Shown: positions 30,404 through 40,911 of the stretch, piece by piece
How the letters are laid out: every line of letters begins with the position of its first letter
How positions within the stretch are numbered: position 1 is the stretch's first letter
Source of the DNA: Gemmatimonadales bacterium
GTDB taxonomy: Bacteria; Gemmatimonadota; Gemmatimonadetes; Gemmatimonadales; GWC2-71-9
Reading direction: 5' to 3'
Length of the DNA: 64,000 bases
NCBI GenBank assembly: GCA_965249575.1
Contig: OZ252244.1
Coordinates: forward strand, 800,001-864,000
The notes under the pieces: model-generated
Databases searched by the model: none
Seen by the model: the letters and a program-made list of their open reading frames with translations, nothing else
Told to the model about the DNA's origin: nothing
Position numbers and translations under genes: made by a program

Positions 30404-32676
30404 GCGGCCCCCGCCCCCGCCCCCGCCGCGGCCGGCTGCGGTACCGGAGACCGACTTCGATACGTCTTTCTGGTGAGCTGCCGCCGCCGCCAGAGTCTGA
30501 CGACCGCGATGAGCATGAGCGCCAGCGGCACGCCGATGACGTTGGCGTACTTCACGACGTCCTGAACGGTGTCACTAGAGAAGGAGAGCCGCGGCGGCGT
30601 GCGGTCCTTCGCTCTAATGCTGATGAGCGAAACGTCTTGAGCCATCCAGTCCACCGCGTTCATCACAAAGGTGTGATTCTCGGGAGCGCTCCGCGCGAAC
30701 CGGTCACCGGCGAAATCGGCGCTCCCCACGACGACCAGTCGGCCGGTCGGCCGGTCCCCGGCCACACTGTCGGTGGCGAACGGATTGACCATCACCGCGA
30801 GCAGCTTCGTCCCCAAGCTGTCCTCGCGCCATTCCCTCATTGGATGAAGCTGTGCCTGAATCACGTCGACCCCACCGGCGCGGCTCGTCGTGAACAGGGA
30901 AGTCACGGTTCCCGGTACGGCACCCGCCGTGTCGATGGTGCTGGCGAATGGGAGGAAGATCCCGTCGAGCGCTTGGTTGACGACACTCGTCTGCGTACTC
31001 GGCGCCCGGACCCAGTGTGGATAGCCCACGATGGCCTGCCCGAACTGGGTTGGAATCGGGACCCGCTCATTCGAGCCCAGGTCGTAGGCCATATCGGATC
31101 GAATCATCACGCCATACGGCTGAAGAACGTCGTTCAGCTGGAGCGGCAACGGAACCGCGAACGATCCCTGCTGGGAGGGCGTCATGCCCGTCGCCATGAC
31201 CAGCAGGCTTCCTCCCCGCCGGAGGTAAGCGGCAAGGCGGTCTTTCTGCGCGTCGGGCAGTGAATCCGGGGTTCCGTTGATGATCAGCACTTGCACGTCG
31301 GCGGCGGGCTGCGAGTCGTTCGGAAACGTGATCTCTCGCACTTCATACGTCTGCTGCAGCTGAGTCAGCAGCCCCTGGAACTGCCTGCCGAGGGCGCGGT
31401 CCCGCTGGGAGGAGGTGAAGGCGACCACCGGGCGCTCGGTCCTGGTGAGCTCGCGTATGTGCGTCGACAGCCGATACTCCAGGTCGTCGGTACGTTGAAC
31501 GACCGGGATCAGTTTATTCCCGTCGGCATACTGGATCGCCAAACCCAGATAACCCTGTTTGAGCTGCAGCTCGCCCCGGCCAACGACGTTGAACTGCACG
31601 GCCGGCACGCCTAGCGTTTGCGCTTCGGCCCGAGCCGTCGAGTCCTCGCTGGGATCGCTCCACACCAGCCGCACTTTGTCCTCGCCGGCGGCGCGATAAT
31701 CCCGCAGCAGGTCGTCGAGGTCCCGCTGCACCAGTGCCACCTCTGGGGGCAGCTCTTTGGTGGAAAACACCTTGATCGTCACGAAGTCGGGCAGGGTAGC
31801 CAGCAGGTCTTTGGTCGCGTCTGAGAGGGTATAGGCCTTGCCGGGTGTGAGGTCCAGCCGTCCCCCGATATGGCGGCCGAAGAGATTCAGCACGACCAGC
31901 GCCGCGACGGTGAGGGTCGTCCCCAAGCGTAGCCGTTTGATGGCGTCTCCCTTGGGAGCCAGCTTGCGGGCCATGAGCGCCTGGTAGCCCAGCATGAGGA
32001 AGATGGCGCTCAGGGTCAGGAAGTACACCGCGTCCCGCAGATCGATCACGCCCCGCGCGATATTCTGGAAGTGTGAGAGCACGCCCAACCGCGCCGCAAC
32101 CGCACCCAGAAACGGGGGCAGGCCCACGAGCAGCGGATTCAAACCGACCAGGACCAGGATGAACATCACCGACACGCCCAGGATGAACGCCGTGATCTGG
32201 TTCCTGGCGAGGCAAGAACTCCACAGCCCTACCCCGGCGAATCCTGCGGCGAGAAGCGCGGCCCCGGCGTATTGTGCGATGACCACGCCGACTTGCAGGT
32301 CGGCCCCGAAGGACAGCCCGACGGCGATGGGGATCGTCAAGGCCAGCGCCACCCAGATAAACAACAGCTGACCGAGGTACTTGCCCATCACGAGTTCCAG
32401 CTCCGTGATCGGTTGGGCCAGAACGACCTCCAGCGTCCCGGAACGGGCGTCCTCGGCCACGGCGCGCATGGTCACCGCCGGGACGAAAAACAGGAACACC
32501 CAGGGGAGGAGATCGAGCATCGGGCGGAGTGAAGCCGCACGGCTCAAGTACGCTTGGCGGAAGAACAGAAAATCGTTGACCGCCAGGAACACGATGAGCA
32601 GGATGTAGCCCGTCGGGTGGTCGAAGAGGGCGCGGAGCTCGCGCCGCGCAATCGTCCAAATAGAGCGTAGGTCCAT
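30400..32676 (-). CDS. Fused GldF/GldG-like ABC permease-auxiliary protein
   Basis: IARREL, PAVTMR...GTLE, NQITAF, GVIDLRD, then RLDLT....YTLS, NAVDW. Confidence 0.85.
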   Translation of the reverse strand: MDLRSIWTIARRELRALFDHPTGYILLIVFLAVNDFLFFRQAYLSRAASLRPMLDLLPWVFLFFVPAVTMRAVAEDARSGTLEVVLAQPITELELVMGKYLGQLLFIWVALALTIPIAVGLSFGADLQVGVVIAQYAGAALLAAGFAGVGLWSSCLARNQITAFILGVSVMFILVLVGLNPLLVGLPPFLGAVAARLGVLSHFQNIARGVIDLRDAVYFLTLSAIFLMLGYQALMARKLAPKGDAIKRLRLGTTLTVAALVVLNLFGRHIGGRLDLTPGKAYTLSDATKDLLATLPDFVTIKVFSTKELPPEVALVQRDLDDLLRDYRAAGEDKVRLVWSDPSEDSTARAEAQTLGVPAVQFNVVGRGELQLKQGYLGLAIQYADGNKLIPVVQRTDDLEYRLSTHIRELTRTERPVVAFTSSQRDRALGRQFQGLLTQLQQTYEVREITFPNDSQPAADVQVLIINGTPDSLPDAQKDRLAAYLRRGGSLLVMATGMTPSQQGSFAVPLPLQLNDVLQPYGVMIRSDMAYDLGSNERVPIPTQFGQAIVGYPHWVRAPSTQTSVVNQALDGIFLPFASTIDTAGAVPGTVTSLFTTSRAGGVDVIQAQLHPMREWREDSLGTKLLAVMVNPFATDSVAGDRPTGRLVVVGSADFAGDRFARSAPENHTFVMNAVDWMAQDVSLISIRAKDRTPPRLSFSSDTVQDVVKYANVIGVPLALMLIAVVRLWRRRQLTRKTYRSRSPVPQPAAAGAGAGAA

Positions 32677-32678
32677 GG

Positions 32679-33617
32679 CTAGCTGTCCGAGGCCGTGATT
32701 TGCCGGAAGAGATCTTCCACGCTGCTGGCCCGTTGATGGAGTTCGTACAGGGTCCAGCCCCTCGATTTCGCCAGATCGAAGATGGCCGGCCGAAGATCGC
32801 GGGTGCCGTCGGACATGACGGTGAGCGCAACCCTGCCGTCGGGAGCATCTCGAGCCGGCCGGACCGATTGCACGCCCGACAAGCCCTCGAGTCCTACGCC
32901 GACTTCGTCACCCCGCACCTCAACCGTGATATGTGCGCGGCCCTCGGCCTGCGCGATCAGCGCATCCACCGGACCGGCGGCGGCGATCCGGCCCTTGTGG
33001 ATGATCAAGAGCCTCGAGCACGTGTGCTGCACCTCCGACAGGACGTGGGTCGAGAGGATGACGGTGCGATCCTTCCCGAGATGACTAATGAGGTGCCGAA
33101 TCTCCACCCGCTGGTTGGGATCGAGCCCTTCTGTCGGCTCATCGAGGACCAGGAGGTCCGGGCGGTGCAGGATGGCCTGCGCCATCCCCACGCGTTGCCG
33201 GTACCCCTTGGATAGCTCGCCGATCGGACGGTAGAAGACCTCCTCGATGGCCGTCGAATCGACGGCCTCGTCGAGCGCCTGGTCCAGCTGAGCGCCATCG
33301 AGCGCTCGGAGCCCGCCGATGAACCGGAGGTACTCCGAGACCAGCATGTCGCCGTAGAGCGGGTTGTTCTCGGGCAGGTAGCCGATGCGCCGCTTCGCCT
33401 CCCGCGACTGGCTGGCGATGGAGGTCCCATCGAGCTGAATGGAGCCGGCATCGGGCTCTATGAACTGGGTGATCATCCGCATGGTGGTAGACTTGCCGGC
33501 GCCATTCGGCCCCAGAAAGCCCACAACCTGCCCACGATCCACCGTGAACGTGACCCCGTCTACCGCGGCCACGTCGCCGAAATGTTTTGACACACCTTCG
33601 AAAGTCAGCAATGACAT
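32679..33617 (-). CDS. ABC transporter ATP-binding protein (GldA-like)
   Basis: GPNGAGKST, LSKGYRQRVG, LDEPT. Confidence 0.93.
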   Translation of the reverse strand: MSLLTFEGVSKHFGDVAAVDGVTFTVDRGQVVGFLGPNGAGKSTTMRMITQFIEPDAGSIQLDGTSIASQSREAKRRIGYLPENNPLYGDMLVSEYLRFIGGLRALDGAQLDQALDEAVDSTAIEEVFYRPIGELSKGYRQRVGMAQAILHRPDLLVLDEPTEGLDPNQRVEIRHLISHLGKDRTVILSTHVLSEVQHTCSRLLIIHKGRIAAAGPVDALIAQAEGRAHITVEVRGDEVGVGLEGLSGVQSVRPARDAPDGRVALTVMSDGTRDLRPAIFDLAKSRGWTLYELHQRASSVEDLFRQITASDS

Positions 33618-33701
33618 CGTAGAGACCAAGTGATGCGAGGAATATCGGGCCCTGATCTTAACTGCACCAGGGCCCGGCATTCAAGCCCCCCGTGAACCGG
33701 C

Positions 33702-33758
33702 TTGCAAATGGGCCGTCAGATATTACTTTACCGTGTAAAGTGCTTTGCCTTAGCAAAG
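33702..33758 (+). promoter_or_regulatory. Promoter with two tandem palindromic operators
   Basis: TTGCAA-N16-TACTTT; ACTTTAC-cgt-GTAAAGT (33725-33741) and CTTTGC-ctta-GCAAAG (33743-33758). Confidence 0.65.
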
Positions 33759-33770
33759 GGGGGGCCATCC

Positions 33771-34353
33771 GTGACGCTGCCGAGCCACAAGGAGCGCGAA
33801 AGCGCTGAGGAAACCCTCGCCTACATCCGCCAGACCATGGAGTCGGCGTCGACGTTCACAGCCCTTTCCGGGTGGGGCCTAGTGGGGAGTGGGGTGCATT
33901 GGGCTGCTCGCGTCGTGGCTCGCGTGGACTAGCGGAGCCGGACCGGCGTTGGGGCTGTGGGTTCCGACGGCCGTGGTGTCCATGGCGGTGGCAGGCATCT
34001 CGAACGCCGCAAAGGCCCGGCGCATCGAGGTACCACTCTGGTCCGGGTCGCTCCGAAAGGTAGCCTGGGTAATGGCCCCGGCCCTCACTGCCGGAGCCAT
34101 GTTGACCTACGCCCTGATGACTCATGCCGACCCTCAGGTCCTGCCGGGCACGTGGCTTGCCTTGTATGGCGCTGGGGTGACCGGCGGCGGGACGTTCTCG
34201 ATCCGGGCCATCCGCTGGATGGGGCTCGTGCTCCTTGGCCTCGGGGCGCTCGCCCTGGCCCATCCGGCATGGGGCATCTTGTATCTGGCCCTGGGGTTCG
34301 GCGTTCTGCACATTCTATTCGGCCTGTACATTGCCAGGCGGCATCGTGGGTAA
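33771..34353 (+). CDS. Hypothetical membrane protein (frameshift ~33886)
   Basis: LAYIRQTMESASTFTALSGWG, then about 6 TM in the next frame ending GFGVLHILFG. Confidence 0.65.
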
Positions 34354-34666
34354 TGCGGTAGCGGAAGACCTCGATCGCCTGATTCACGAGCGCATCCGTC
34401 TGGGAATCGTGTCGGCGCTAGCGGCGAATGACTCCCTGACCTTCGCCGAGCTGAAGGACGTACTCCGCACCTCCGACGGCAATCTGAGCGTCCATGCGCG
34501 CCGTCTCGAGGAAGCGGGTTACGTCAAAGTGACCAAGGGGTTCGAGGATCGCCGGCCCCGCACCGAGTATCGCCTCTCCGCCAAGGGGCGCCGAGCGATG
34601 GAAACGTACTTGCATCAAATGGAAACGATATTGAGCCAGGCGCGCGACGCGCTGGAAAGAACGTGA
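34346..34666 (+). CDS. Winged-helix transcriptional regulator (HTH_34/ArsR-like)
   Basis: LDRLIHERIRLGIVSAL...SDGNLSVHARRLEEAGYV...RPRTEY. Confidence 0.88.
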   Translation: MGNAVAEDLDRLIHERIRLGIVSALAANDSLTFAELKDVLRTSDGNLSVHARRLEEAGYVKVTKGFEDRRPRTEYRLSAKGRRAMETYLHQMETILSQARDALERT

Positions 34667-35412
34667 AGGGCCTCCACGTTGCCATCATCATGGATGGCAA
34701 CGGCCGATGGGCCAAGCAGCGTGGCCGCCCTCGCTGGCGCGGTCACCTCGCGGGAGTAGAGAGCGTCCGGGAAGTCGTCGATTCGGCCCCCGGTTTCGGC
34801 ATCACGACCCTGACCCTCTACGCCTTCTCCTCCGACAACTGGAAACGGCCCGCGGCGGAGGTCGGCCGCCTCTTCTGGCTCCTCAGGGAATATTGCAGAC
34901 GGGAGCGGGCCGAGCTGCTTGCCAACGGCGTGAAGGTCTCGGCGATTGGTCGGCGGGACCGGATCCCCCAGTCAGCCCTCCGATATCTGGAGGAGCTCGA
35001 GCAGGCCACGGCCGAGGGCCCAAAGCTTCACCTGAGACTGGCCATCGACTATAGCGCCCAGGTCGAGATCGCCCGCGCCGCGCGGGAGATCGCCGGTCGC
35101 GTCGAAGACGGTGTGCTCGAGCCCGAAGACATGTCACCCGAGTTGATTCGGCAGGTGCTGACCGGTGGGGTTCCCGACCCCGATCTCCTGGTGCGAACGG
35201 CTGGCGAGCAGCGACTGTCCGACTTCCTGCTTTGGGAGTTGGCCTATGCCGAGCTGGTGTTCACGCCGGTGCTGTGGCCCGACTTTCGTCGTACGGACCT
35301 CGACGCCTCCCTGGGGGAGTTTCGACGTCGTGAGCGGCGCTTTGGGGGCCTCGAGTCGCGGCGCGAGCCCGTCCCAATGCTGGGCCCGCCGAGCGGTCCG
35401 ACCTACCCGTAG
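34663..35412 (+). CDS. uppS: cis-Prenyltransferase (undecaprenyl diphosphate synthase family)
   Basis: HVAIIMDGNGRWA, YAFSSDNWKR, RTAGEQRLSDFLLW. Confidence 0.92.
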   Translation: MKGLHVAIIMDGNGRWAKQRGRPRWRGHLAGVESVREVVDSAPGFGITTLTLYAFSSDNWKRPAAEVGRLFWLLREYCRRERAELLANGVKVSAIGRRDRIPQSALRYLEELEQATAEGPKLHLRLAIDYSAQVEIARAAREIAGRVEDGVLEPEDMSPELIRQVLTGGVPDPDLLVRTAGEQRLSDFLLWELAYAELVFTPVLWPDFRRTDLDASLGEFRRRERRFGGLESRREPVPMLGPPSGPTYP

Positions 35413-35413
35413 G

Positions 35414-35758
35414 ATGAAAACGGGCGTTACCCGGTGGACGGGTGGGGGGCTCCTCCTGCTCTGCATGTGGTGGTGGCTCGAGGCGGCGGGCGACCTCGCC
35501 GTCGTGTCCCCGATACACTGGGGACTCATTCTCCCGCAGCTCGGAGTCGGGGCCGTTCCAGCGCTCGTCGGGACGCTGACCGCTGGCGCGCTCATCTTCG
35601 GCCGGCCCGGTGCGCGGGCCCTGGTGTTCGCCCTGTTCTTCACGCTGCTCCAGGCGGTCGCCGTGACCGTGCTAGCACCCGATCTGCAGGAGCGCTACTC
35701 CGAGACGGTACAACAGAGCGAAGCCCTCCGGACCGAGAGCGGCCCGGCGGCTCGCTGA
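35414..35758 (+). CDS. Small hypothetical membrane protein
   Basis: ATG 1 nt after the uppS stop; three hydrophobic segments. Confidence 0.55.
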   Translation: MKTGVTRWTGGGLLLLCMWWWLEAAGDLAVVSPIHWGLILPQLGVGAVPALVGTLTAGALIFGRPGARALVFALFFTLLQAVAVTVLAPDLQERYSETVQQSEALRTESGPAAR

Positions 35759-35846
35759 GACGGCGGTGAGGCGGGAGCACCCCCCTTCCCAAGCCGACTG
35801 CGTTCCGGGCATCTTACCCGACTCCTCGAGCCCGCAGGCGGTTTCA

Positions 35847-37325
35847 ATGCAACGCGTGATCTACTCCCTCGCGTACGCCACCTTTGCTGCATCCGCGCTC
35901 GCCGCTCAGGCACCCACCCCGTCCATCGGGGAGCGTTACGAACGCCTCCTGATACGAAACGCGCTCATCGTCGATGGAGCGGGTAACCCGGCTCGGGGAC
36001 CTTTCGACATCTTGGTTCAGGGATCGCGCATCGCGAGCATCTCCCGGGCGATGGGGCTCCCACGCCAGGCCGATCGGGTCATCGACGCCACCGGGATGTA
36101 CGTCATGCCGGGTCTCGTCGACCTGCACGGCCACGTTCAGTTCCGCTCGGGAGGAAAGCCGCTCGCCAAGGACTACGTCTACAAGCTCTGGCTCGGCCAC
36201 GGCATTACGACCATTCGGGACCCCGGGACCGGGGCCGGGCTCGACACCGTCCTCCAACACGCGGAATTGTCGAAGGCAAACACGATCAACGCGCCGACGC
36301 TCATCCCATATGCCGCCTTTCGTGGTGCGAACAACGGTGACGACGCGCGGAGGGTGGTCCGAGAGCTGAAAACGCGTGGGGCGCGCGGCCTCAAGGTGTT
36401 CATCCAGCGCCCGGATATCTACGAGGCGCTCCTCGACGAGGCCCGCATCCAGGGCCTGCCAGTCGCCGTTGACCTCAAGGTTCAGGAAGTCGATGCCATG
36501 TTCGTTGCGCGACGCGGCGTCACCACCATCGAGCATTGGTATGGAATCCCCGACGCGGCGATACCGGGTCCGCAGAATTTCCCGGATGCATACGTCTACG
36601 AAAACGAGCTGGACCGATTCCGGTGGGCCGGTGACCTCTGGCGTCAGGCTGATTCCGCACTGCTCTCCGCGGTGATTGACACGATGATCGCACACGGGGT
36701 GACGTGGGATCCGACGTTTGCCGTGTACGAAGCCAATCGAGACCTCACCCGCGCGCGGAGTCTGCCCTGGTTCGAAGATTACGCGATGCCCAATGTTCTC
36801 GAGTTCTTCGAGCCGAACCTCGACAATCACGGCTCGTATCATCTGGACTGGACCACGACCGACGAGGTCCGGTGGCGTGAGAATTTCCGGATCTGGATGA
36901 AGTGGGTTCGCGAGTTCGCCCGCCGTGGCGGGAATGTGACGATCGGATCGGACGCCGCGTTCATTTACAATCTCTACGGCTTCGGAACCATCAGGAATCT
37001 CGAGCTCCACCAGGAAGCCGGATTTCACCCGATCGAGATCATCCAGCACGCGACCTCGAACGGGGCGAGAGCTTTGGGCCTGACACAGACCGGTGTCATT
37101 CGCGCGGGTTTCGAAGCCGACATGGCGATCGTGGACGGAAATCCGCTGCACAACCTCAAAGTGCTATACGGGACCGGGATCGATGTGTTCGAGGACGGTC
37201 AGATGGTCAGAAGGGGCGGTGTGAAATACACCATCAAGGACGGGATCGTGTTCGATGCGCCCGCGCTGCTTCAGGACGTAGTGGAAATGGTCCGGACGGC
37301 CAAGGGGAAGCCAAACACGACCTAG
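35847..37325 (+). CDS. Secreted amidohydrolase family protein
   Basis: Signal peptide, MPGLVDLHGH, GSD, ADMAIVDGNPL. Confidence 0.88.
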   Translation: MQRVIYSLAYATFAASALAAQAPTPSIGERYERLLIRNALIVDGAGNPARGPFDILVQGSRIASISRAMGLPRQADRVIDATGMYVMPGLVDLHGHVQFRSGGKPLAKDYVYKLWLGHGITTIRDPGTGAGLDTVLQHAELSKANTINAPTLIPYAAFRGANNGDDARRVVRELKTRGARGLKVFIQRPDIYEALLDEARIQGLPVAVDLKVQEVDAMFVARRGVTTIEHWYGIPDAAIPGPQNFPDAYVYENELDRFRWAGDLWRQADSALLSAVIDTMIAHGVTWDPTFAVYEANRDLTRARSLPWFEDYAMPNVLEFFEPNLDNHGSYHLDWTTTDEVRWRENFRIWMKWVREFARRGGNVTIGSDAAFIYNLYGFGTIRNLELHQEAGFHPIEIIQHATSNGARALGLTQTGVIRAGFEADMAIVDGNPLHNLKVLYGTGIDVFEDGQMVRRGGVKYTIKDGIVFDAPALLQDVVEMVRTAKGKPNTT

Positions 37326-37533
37326 GCTCCCCGCTCGGATGAGCACGATCATCCGCGTAACCCCCGAGTGGCCACTCGATGCGGGGTGGTCGAGCGCACC
37401 GGGTGACTGCCCCCGGTGGCACTCGCCGCCCTCGAGGGTGTACCTTCACGAGTCAGGGAGTTGTGCGCACGAGCCGATCGGGGTGCGACGCAGCGCAGCC
37501 GAACGCCGGCCCTTGCACCCAAGCACCTGATGC

Positions 37534-39297
37534 GTGAATCTGATGCGACTTCGACACACCATCGCTTTCCTGGCCACGTTGGGCGTACTCCAGCCCGATC
37601 CGCTGCGCGCGCAGACGATCATTGGACAAGTCATCGAGAAGAATTCCGGCGCCCCCGTGCCGGCGGGGTTCGTTGCGCTCATTGGAGCGGACGGGCAAGA
37701 GATCGCCCGCGCTCTCAGTAACAACGACGGCCGCTTCGTCCTCCGGACCCGGGAGCCCGGCGTGTACACCGTCCGGTCCGAGCGGATCGGTTTTCGCGCA
37801 TCCACGTCCGCCCCGATCTCTCTCGACCGTGGAGAGCGGAAACACTACCAGATGGAAGTCGAGGCGATCCCGGTCACGCTGGAAAGCATCGTCGTCTCCG
37901 GCGAGACCGAGTGCCGCAGCCGACCCGAGGAAGGGCGGGCGAGCGCGACGCTATGGGAGGAGGCCCGCAAAGCGCTCACGGCTGTGGCGTGGCTGCGAAC
38001 GCAGCGGCGGTTTCGGGTGGACATGAGGTTGTGGGAACGCCGACTGGACACCCTTCTCCGGGTCGTCCGTGAGTCGACTCAGACGCACACCGGCATGGCT
38101 CGCCGACCCTTCCGAAGCTTGCATCCTAGCGACCTCACGACTCGTGGCTACGTGCGCTCACGGCGCGACGGCGGGTACGATTTCTGGGGACCTGACGCCG
38201 ACGTCCTCTTCTCCGATGCATTTGTCAGCGAGCACTGCTTTCGCATCGTCCCTGGTCTCACGGAAGAAACCGTCGGTCACCTCGGTTTGAGCTTCGAGCC
38301 GGTCGGAAGGCGTGAGGTGTCCGACATCGAAGGCGTGATGTGGCTCGACGACCAAAACGCCGAGCTCAGGCACGTCGACTTCCGCTACACCAACCTGGAG
38401 CTTCCGGCCTGGACCGACGACGTCGGGGGGCGGATCGAGTTTCTGCGGCTCGCCAACGGCGCCTGGATCGTCCGCCGGTACTTCATTCGCATGCCGATTA
38501 TTGAGTGGGTAAACGAGCGCGAGTTCAGGAACCTCAGGATGTGGGTGGATTCCCGGCGGCCGAAGGTCGTGGGGTTCAAGGAGGACGGAGGCGAGATCCT
38601 CGACGCGTTCGGGGCTAACCTGCTCCGGCTGGCAAGCGCCGAAGGCGCGACCCTCATTGGAATGGTCTACGACAGCACCCGATCGACCCCGCTGATCGGG
38701 GCGACCGTGTTTCTCAGGGGAACCAAATACCAGACGACCTCGGGTGGTGGCGGGCGTTTCCGCATGGATGGAGTCCCCGAGGGCACCTACGCGGTCGAGT
38801 TCGCCCACCCGGACATCCCCGCGTGGGGCGTACTCCCCGGGGTCGACGCGGTCTCGCTCAAGCGGAGCGCCTCCACGAGCGTGCGCCTGGCGGTCCCATC
38901 CCGCGCGGGGCTGGTCAAACTGCTCTGCGCTGATCTGCCTGTGGAGCGACGCGCAGGCGCGGTCGCCGGGGTGGTGCGGGACATCGGGTCTCGAAACCCG
39001 GTGGCCGGAGCCATGGTACAGGTTTCCTGGAGCAACTGGGAACTCCGAAACATTCGCAACCAGACGGCGACCTCGGCGCAGATTCTTCAGACTCGACTGC
39101 GGGTCGAAACGTTTGCTGATAGCACGGGCTATTACCTGGCCTGTAACGTGCCGGCGAACCAGCCAGTCGAAGCGTGGGCGGTCCTCGGGGAGCGGTTGGG
39201 GATCACCTCGACCCTTCGCGTAGTTCCAGGAGAACTCGCGGAGCAGGACTTGCTGTTGGAGCCCCCGCGGAATTCAGGCGGCGGGCGAGGGCGCTGA
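37534..39297 (+). CDS. Secreted protein with carboxypeptidase-regulatory-like domains
   Basis: Signal peptide; repeated G.V.D......P..GA.V / GRF / G.Y beta-sandwich modules. Confidence 0.75.
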   Translation: MNLMRLRHTIAFLATLGVLQPDPLRAQTIIGQVIEKNSGAPVPAGFVALIGADGQEIARALSNNDGRFVLRTREPGVYTVRSERIGFRASTSAPISLDRGERKHYQMEVEAIPVTLESIVVSGETECRSRPEEGRASATLWEEARKALTAVAWLRTQRRFRVDMRLWERRLDTLLRVVRESTQTHTGMARRPFRSLHPSDLTTRGYVRSRRDGGYDFWGPDADVLFSDAFVSEHCFRIVPGLTEETVGHLGLSFEPVGRREVSDIEGVMWLDDQNAELRHVDFRYTNLELPAWTDDVGGRIEFLRLANGAWIVRRYFIRMPIIEWVNEREFRNLRMWVDSRRPKVVGFKEDGGEILDAFGANLLRLASAEGATLIGMVYDSTRSTPLIGATVFLRGTKYQTTSGGGGRFRMDGVPEGTYAVEFAHPDIPAWGVLPGVDAVSLKRSASTSVRLAVPSRAGLVKLLCADLPVERRAGAVAGVVRDIGSRNPVAGAMVQVSWSNWELRNIRNQTATSAQILQTRLRVETFADSTGYYLACNVPANQPVEAWAVLGERLGITSTLRVVPGELAEQDLLLEPPRNSGGGRGR

Positions 39298-39309
39298 CGC
39301 GACCCGCCA

Positions 39310-39714
39310 TCAGCGCTCAGAGTTCTTCCTCCACCGATCGATCTGCCGTCGATCCCGCTTGGTGGGCCGCCCTTTTCCGCTGAAGGTAATCGTCGGTTGG
39401 GAACGGCTCTCCGCCGCTAACCGCTCACGCGCCCTCCGGCTCGCTGCGGTTTCCTCATACAGCGTGGCGGCGTGCTTGGCAGGACCGCGCCGTTCGCTCA
39501 GACCATGCACGAAGACCTGATACTCGAACAGACCCGACCGTATCTTCACCTCGTCGCCCACTTGGACCTGCTTGGAGGGCTTGGCGCGCTCACCATTGAG
39601 GCGGACCTTGCCTCCGTCGACGGCCGCGGTCGCGAGCGAGCGAGTCTTGAAGAACCGGGCGGCCCAGAGCCACTTGTCGAGCCGCACGCGGTCCAGAGGC
39701 TGCTTGGTGGACAT
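39310..39714 (-). CDS. hslR: Ribosome-associated heat shock protein Hsp15 (S4 domain)
   Basis: RLDKWLWAARFFKTRS, GRPTKRDRR. Confidence 0.92.
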   Translation of the reverse strand: MSTKQPLDRVRLDKWLWAARFFKTRSLATAAVDGGKVRLNGERAKPSKQVQVGDEVKIRSGLFEYQVFVHGLSERRGPAKHAATLYEETAASRRARERLAAESRSQPTITFSGKGRPTKRDRRQIDRWRKNSER

Positions 39715-39853
39715 ACGTGAATACTAGTGTAGGATCGGGCGGACAAAATGGCGCGTGGTATCGGGCAACGGTTTAGCCCGCGGGACCGCTCGTCCGCTCG
39801 CACTCACACCAGCACGCCCGGGAGGAGGAGCCGTGACCGTCCCTCGAGGAGCC

Positions 39854-40804
39854 ATGAAGCCAACGTTCGCCACGGTAGCTGTGGTCGGGACAGGCGTCGT
39901 GGGCCGTAGCTGGGTCCACGTGTTCGCCCGGGCCGGCTGCGACACACGGATCTTCGACCGGGACTCCGCCCAGGCCTCCAAGGCACTGGAATGGATCGGC
40001 CAGTCGCTGGATCGCAGCCAGGGCGATGGTCACATGACCGCCGCGGACGTCGATCGATGCCGATCCCGGATTCGCGTCTGCGAGGGGCTTGCCGAGGCAG
40101 TGGCGGGGACTACCTGGGTCCAGGAAACCGGGCCCGAGCGGCTCGAGACCAAGCAGGCGATTTATCGCGACCTCGACGCAGTGGCCTCGCGGGATGCAAT
40201 CCTGGGTTCCAGCACCTCGACGCTCGACATGACGGAAATCGCGGCCGAGCTGCCCGGGGCACACCGGTGCATCGTCGCCCACCCCGTCAATCCGCCCCAC
40301 GTCGTGCCCGCGGTGGAGATTCTCCCTGGCAAGCGCACGGATCCGACGGTCGTCAAACGAACGGATGCGTTCATGCGCAGCATCGGGCAAACGCCAATCC
40401 ATATGAAGCGTTACGTGTTCGGGTTCGTACTGAACCGGATGCAGGCCGCGCTCGTCCGAGAGGCCGTTCATCTCGTGGCGGCGGGCATCGCCGACGTGGA
40501 CGCCGTGGACGCTGCTATTCGGGACGGCTTGGGGCTGCGTTGGGCGTTCATGGGCCCTTTCGGCGTCGCTAACACCAACGCCGACGGAGGCGTTCGGGAA
40601 TACTTCACAAAGTACCACGACGCGTACATCGAGCTCATGAACGACCTGGGCCCCACGCCGTCGTTCGACAAGGAGCTGATCGAGCGGCTCGGCGAGGGAA
40701 CGGATACGATGGAGCAAACCGACCGGCGTGAAGACCTGCGGAGCTGGCGCGACCGCGTGATCATGGCAGTCCGAGAGGTGAAGGCGGCGCATCCGCATCC
40801 CTGA
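39854..40804 (+). CDS. 3-hydroxyacyl-CoA dehydrogenase NAD-binding family (carnitine dehydrogenase/lambda-crystallin-like)
   Basis: GTGVVG, QETGPE, SSTS, HPVNPP, NRMQ.A, GLGLRWA.MGP. Confidence 0.85.
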   Translation: MKPTFATVAVVGTGVVGRSWVHVFARAGCDTRIFDRDSAQASKALEWIGQSLDRSQGDGHMTAADVDRCRSRIRVCEGLAEAVAGTTWVQETGPERLETKQAIYRDLDAVASRDAILGSSTSTLDMTEIAAELPGAHRCIVAHPVNPPHVVPAVEILPGKRTDPTVVKRTDAFMRSIGQTPIHMKRYVFGFVLNRMQAALVREAVHLVAAGIADVDAVDAAIRDGLGLRWAFMGPFGVANTNADGGVREYFTKYHDAYIELMNDLGPTPSFDKELIERLGEGTDTMEQTDRREDLRSWRDRVIMAVREVKAAHPHP

Positions 40805-40911
40805 CGAGCCAACGCCGCGGCCCCGATTTCCGACATTTTCTATCAGATTTAGTTAAATTAGCCATCCGAGGCTCGTGAACAGCTAACCTCGACGTCGGAG
40901 AACCGGTAGAC

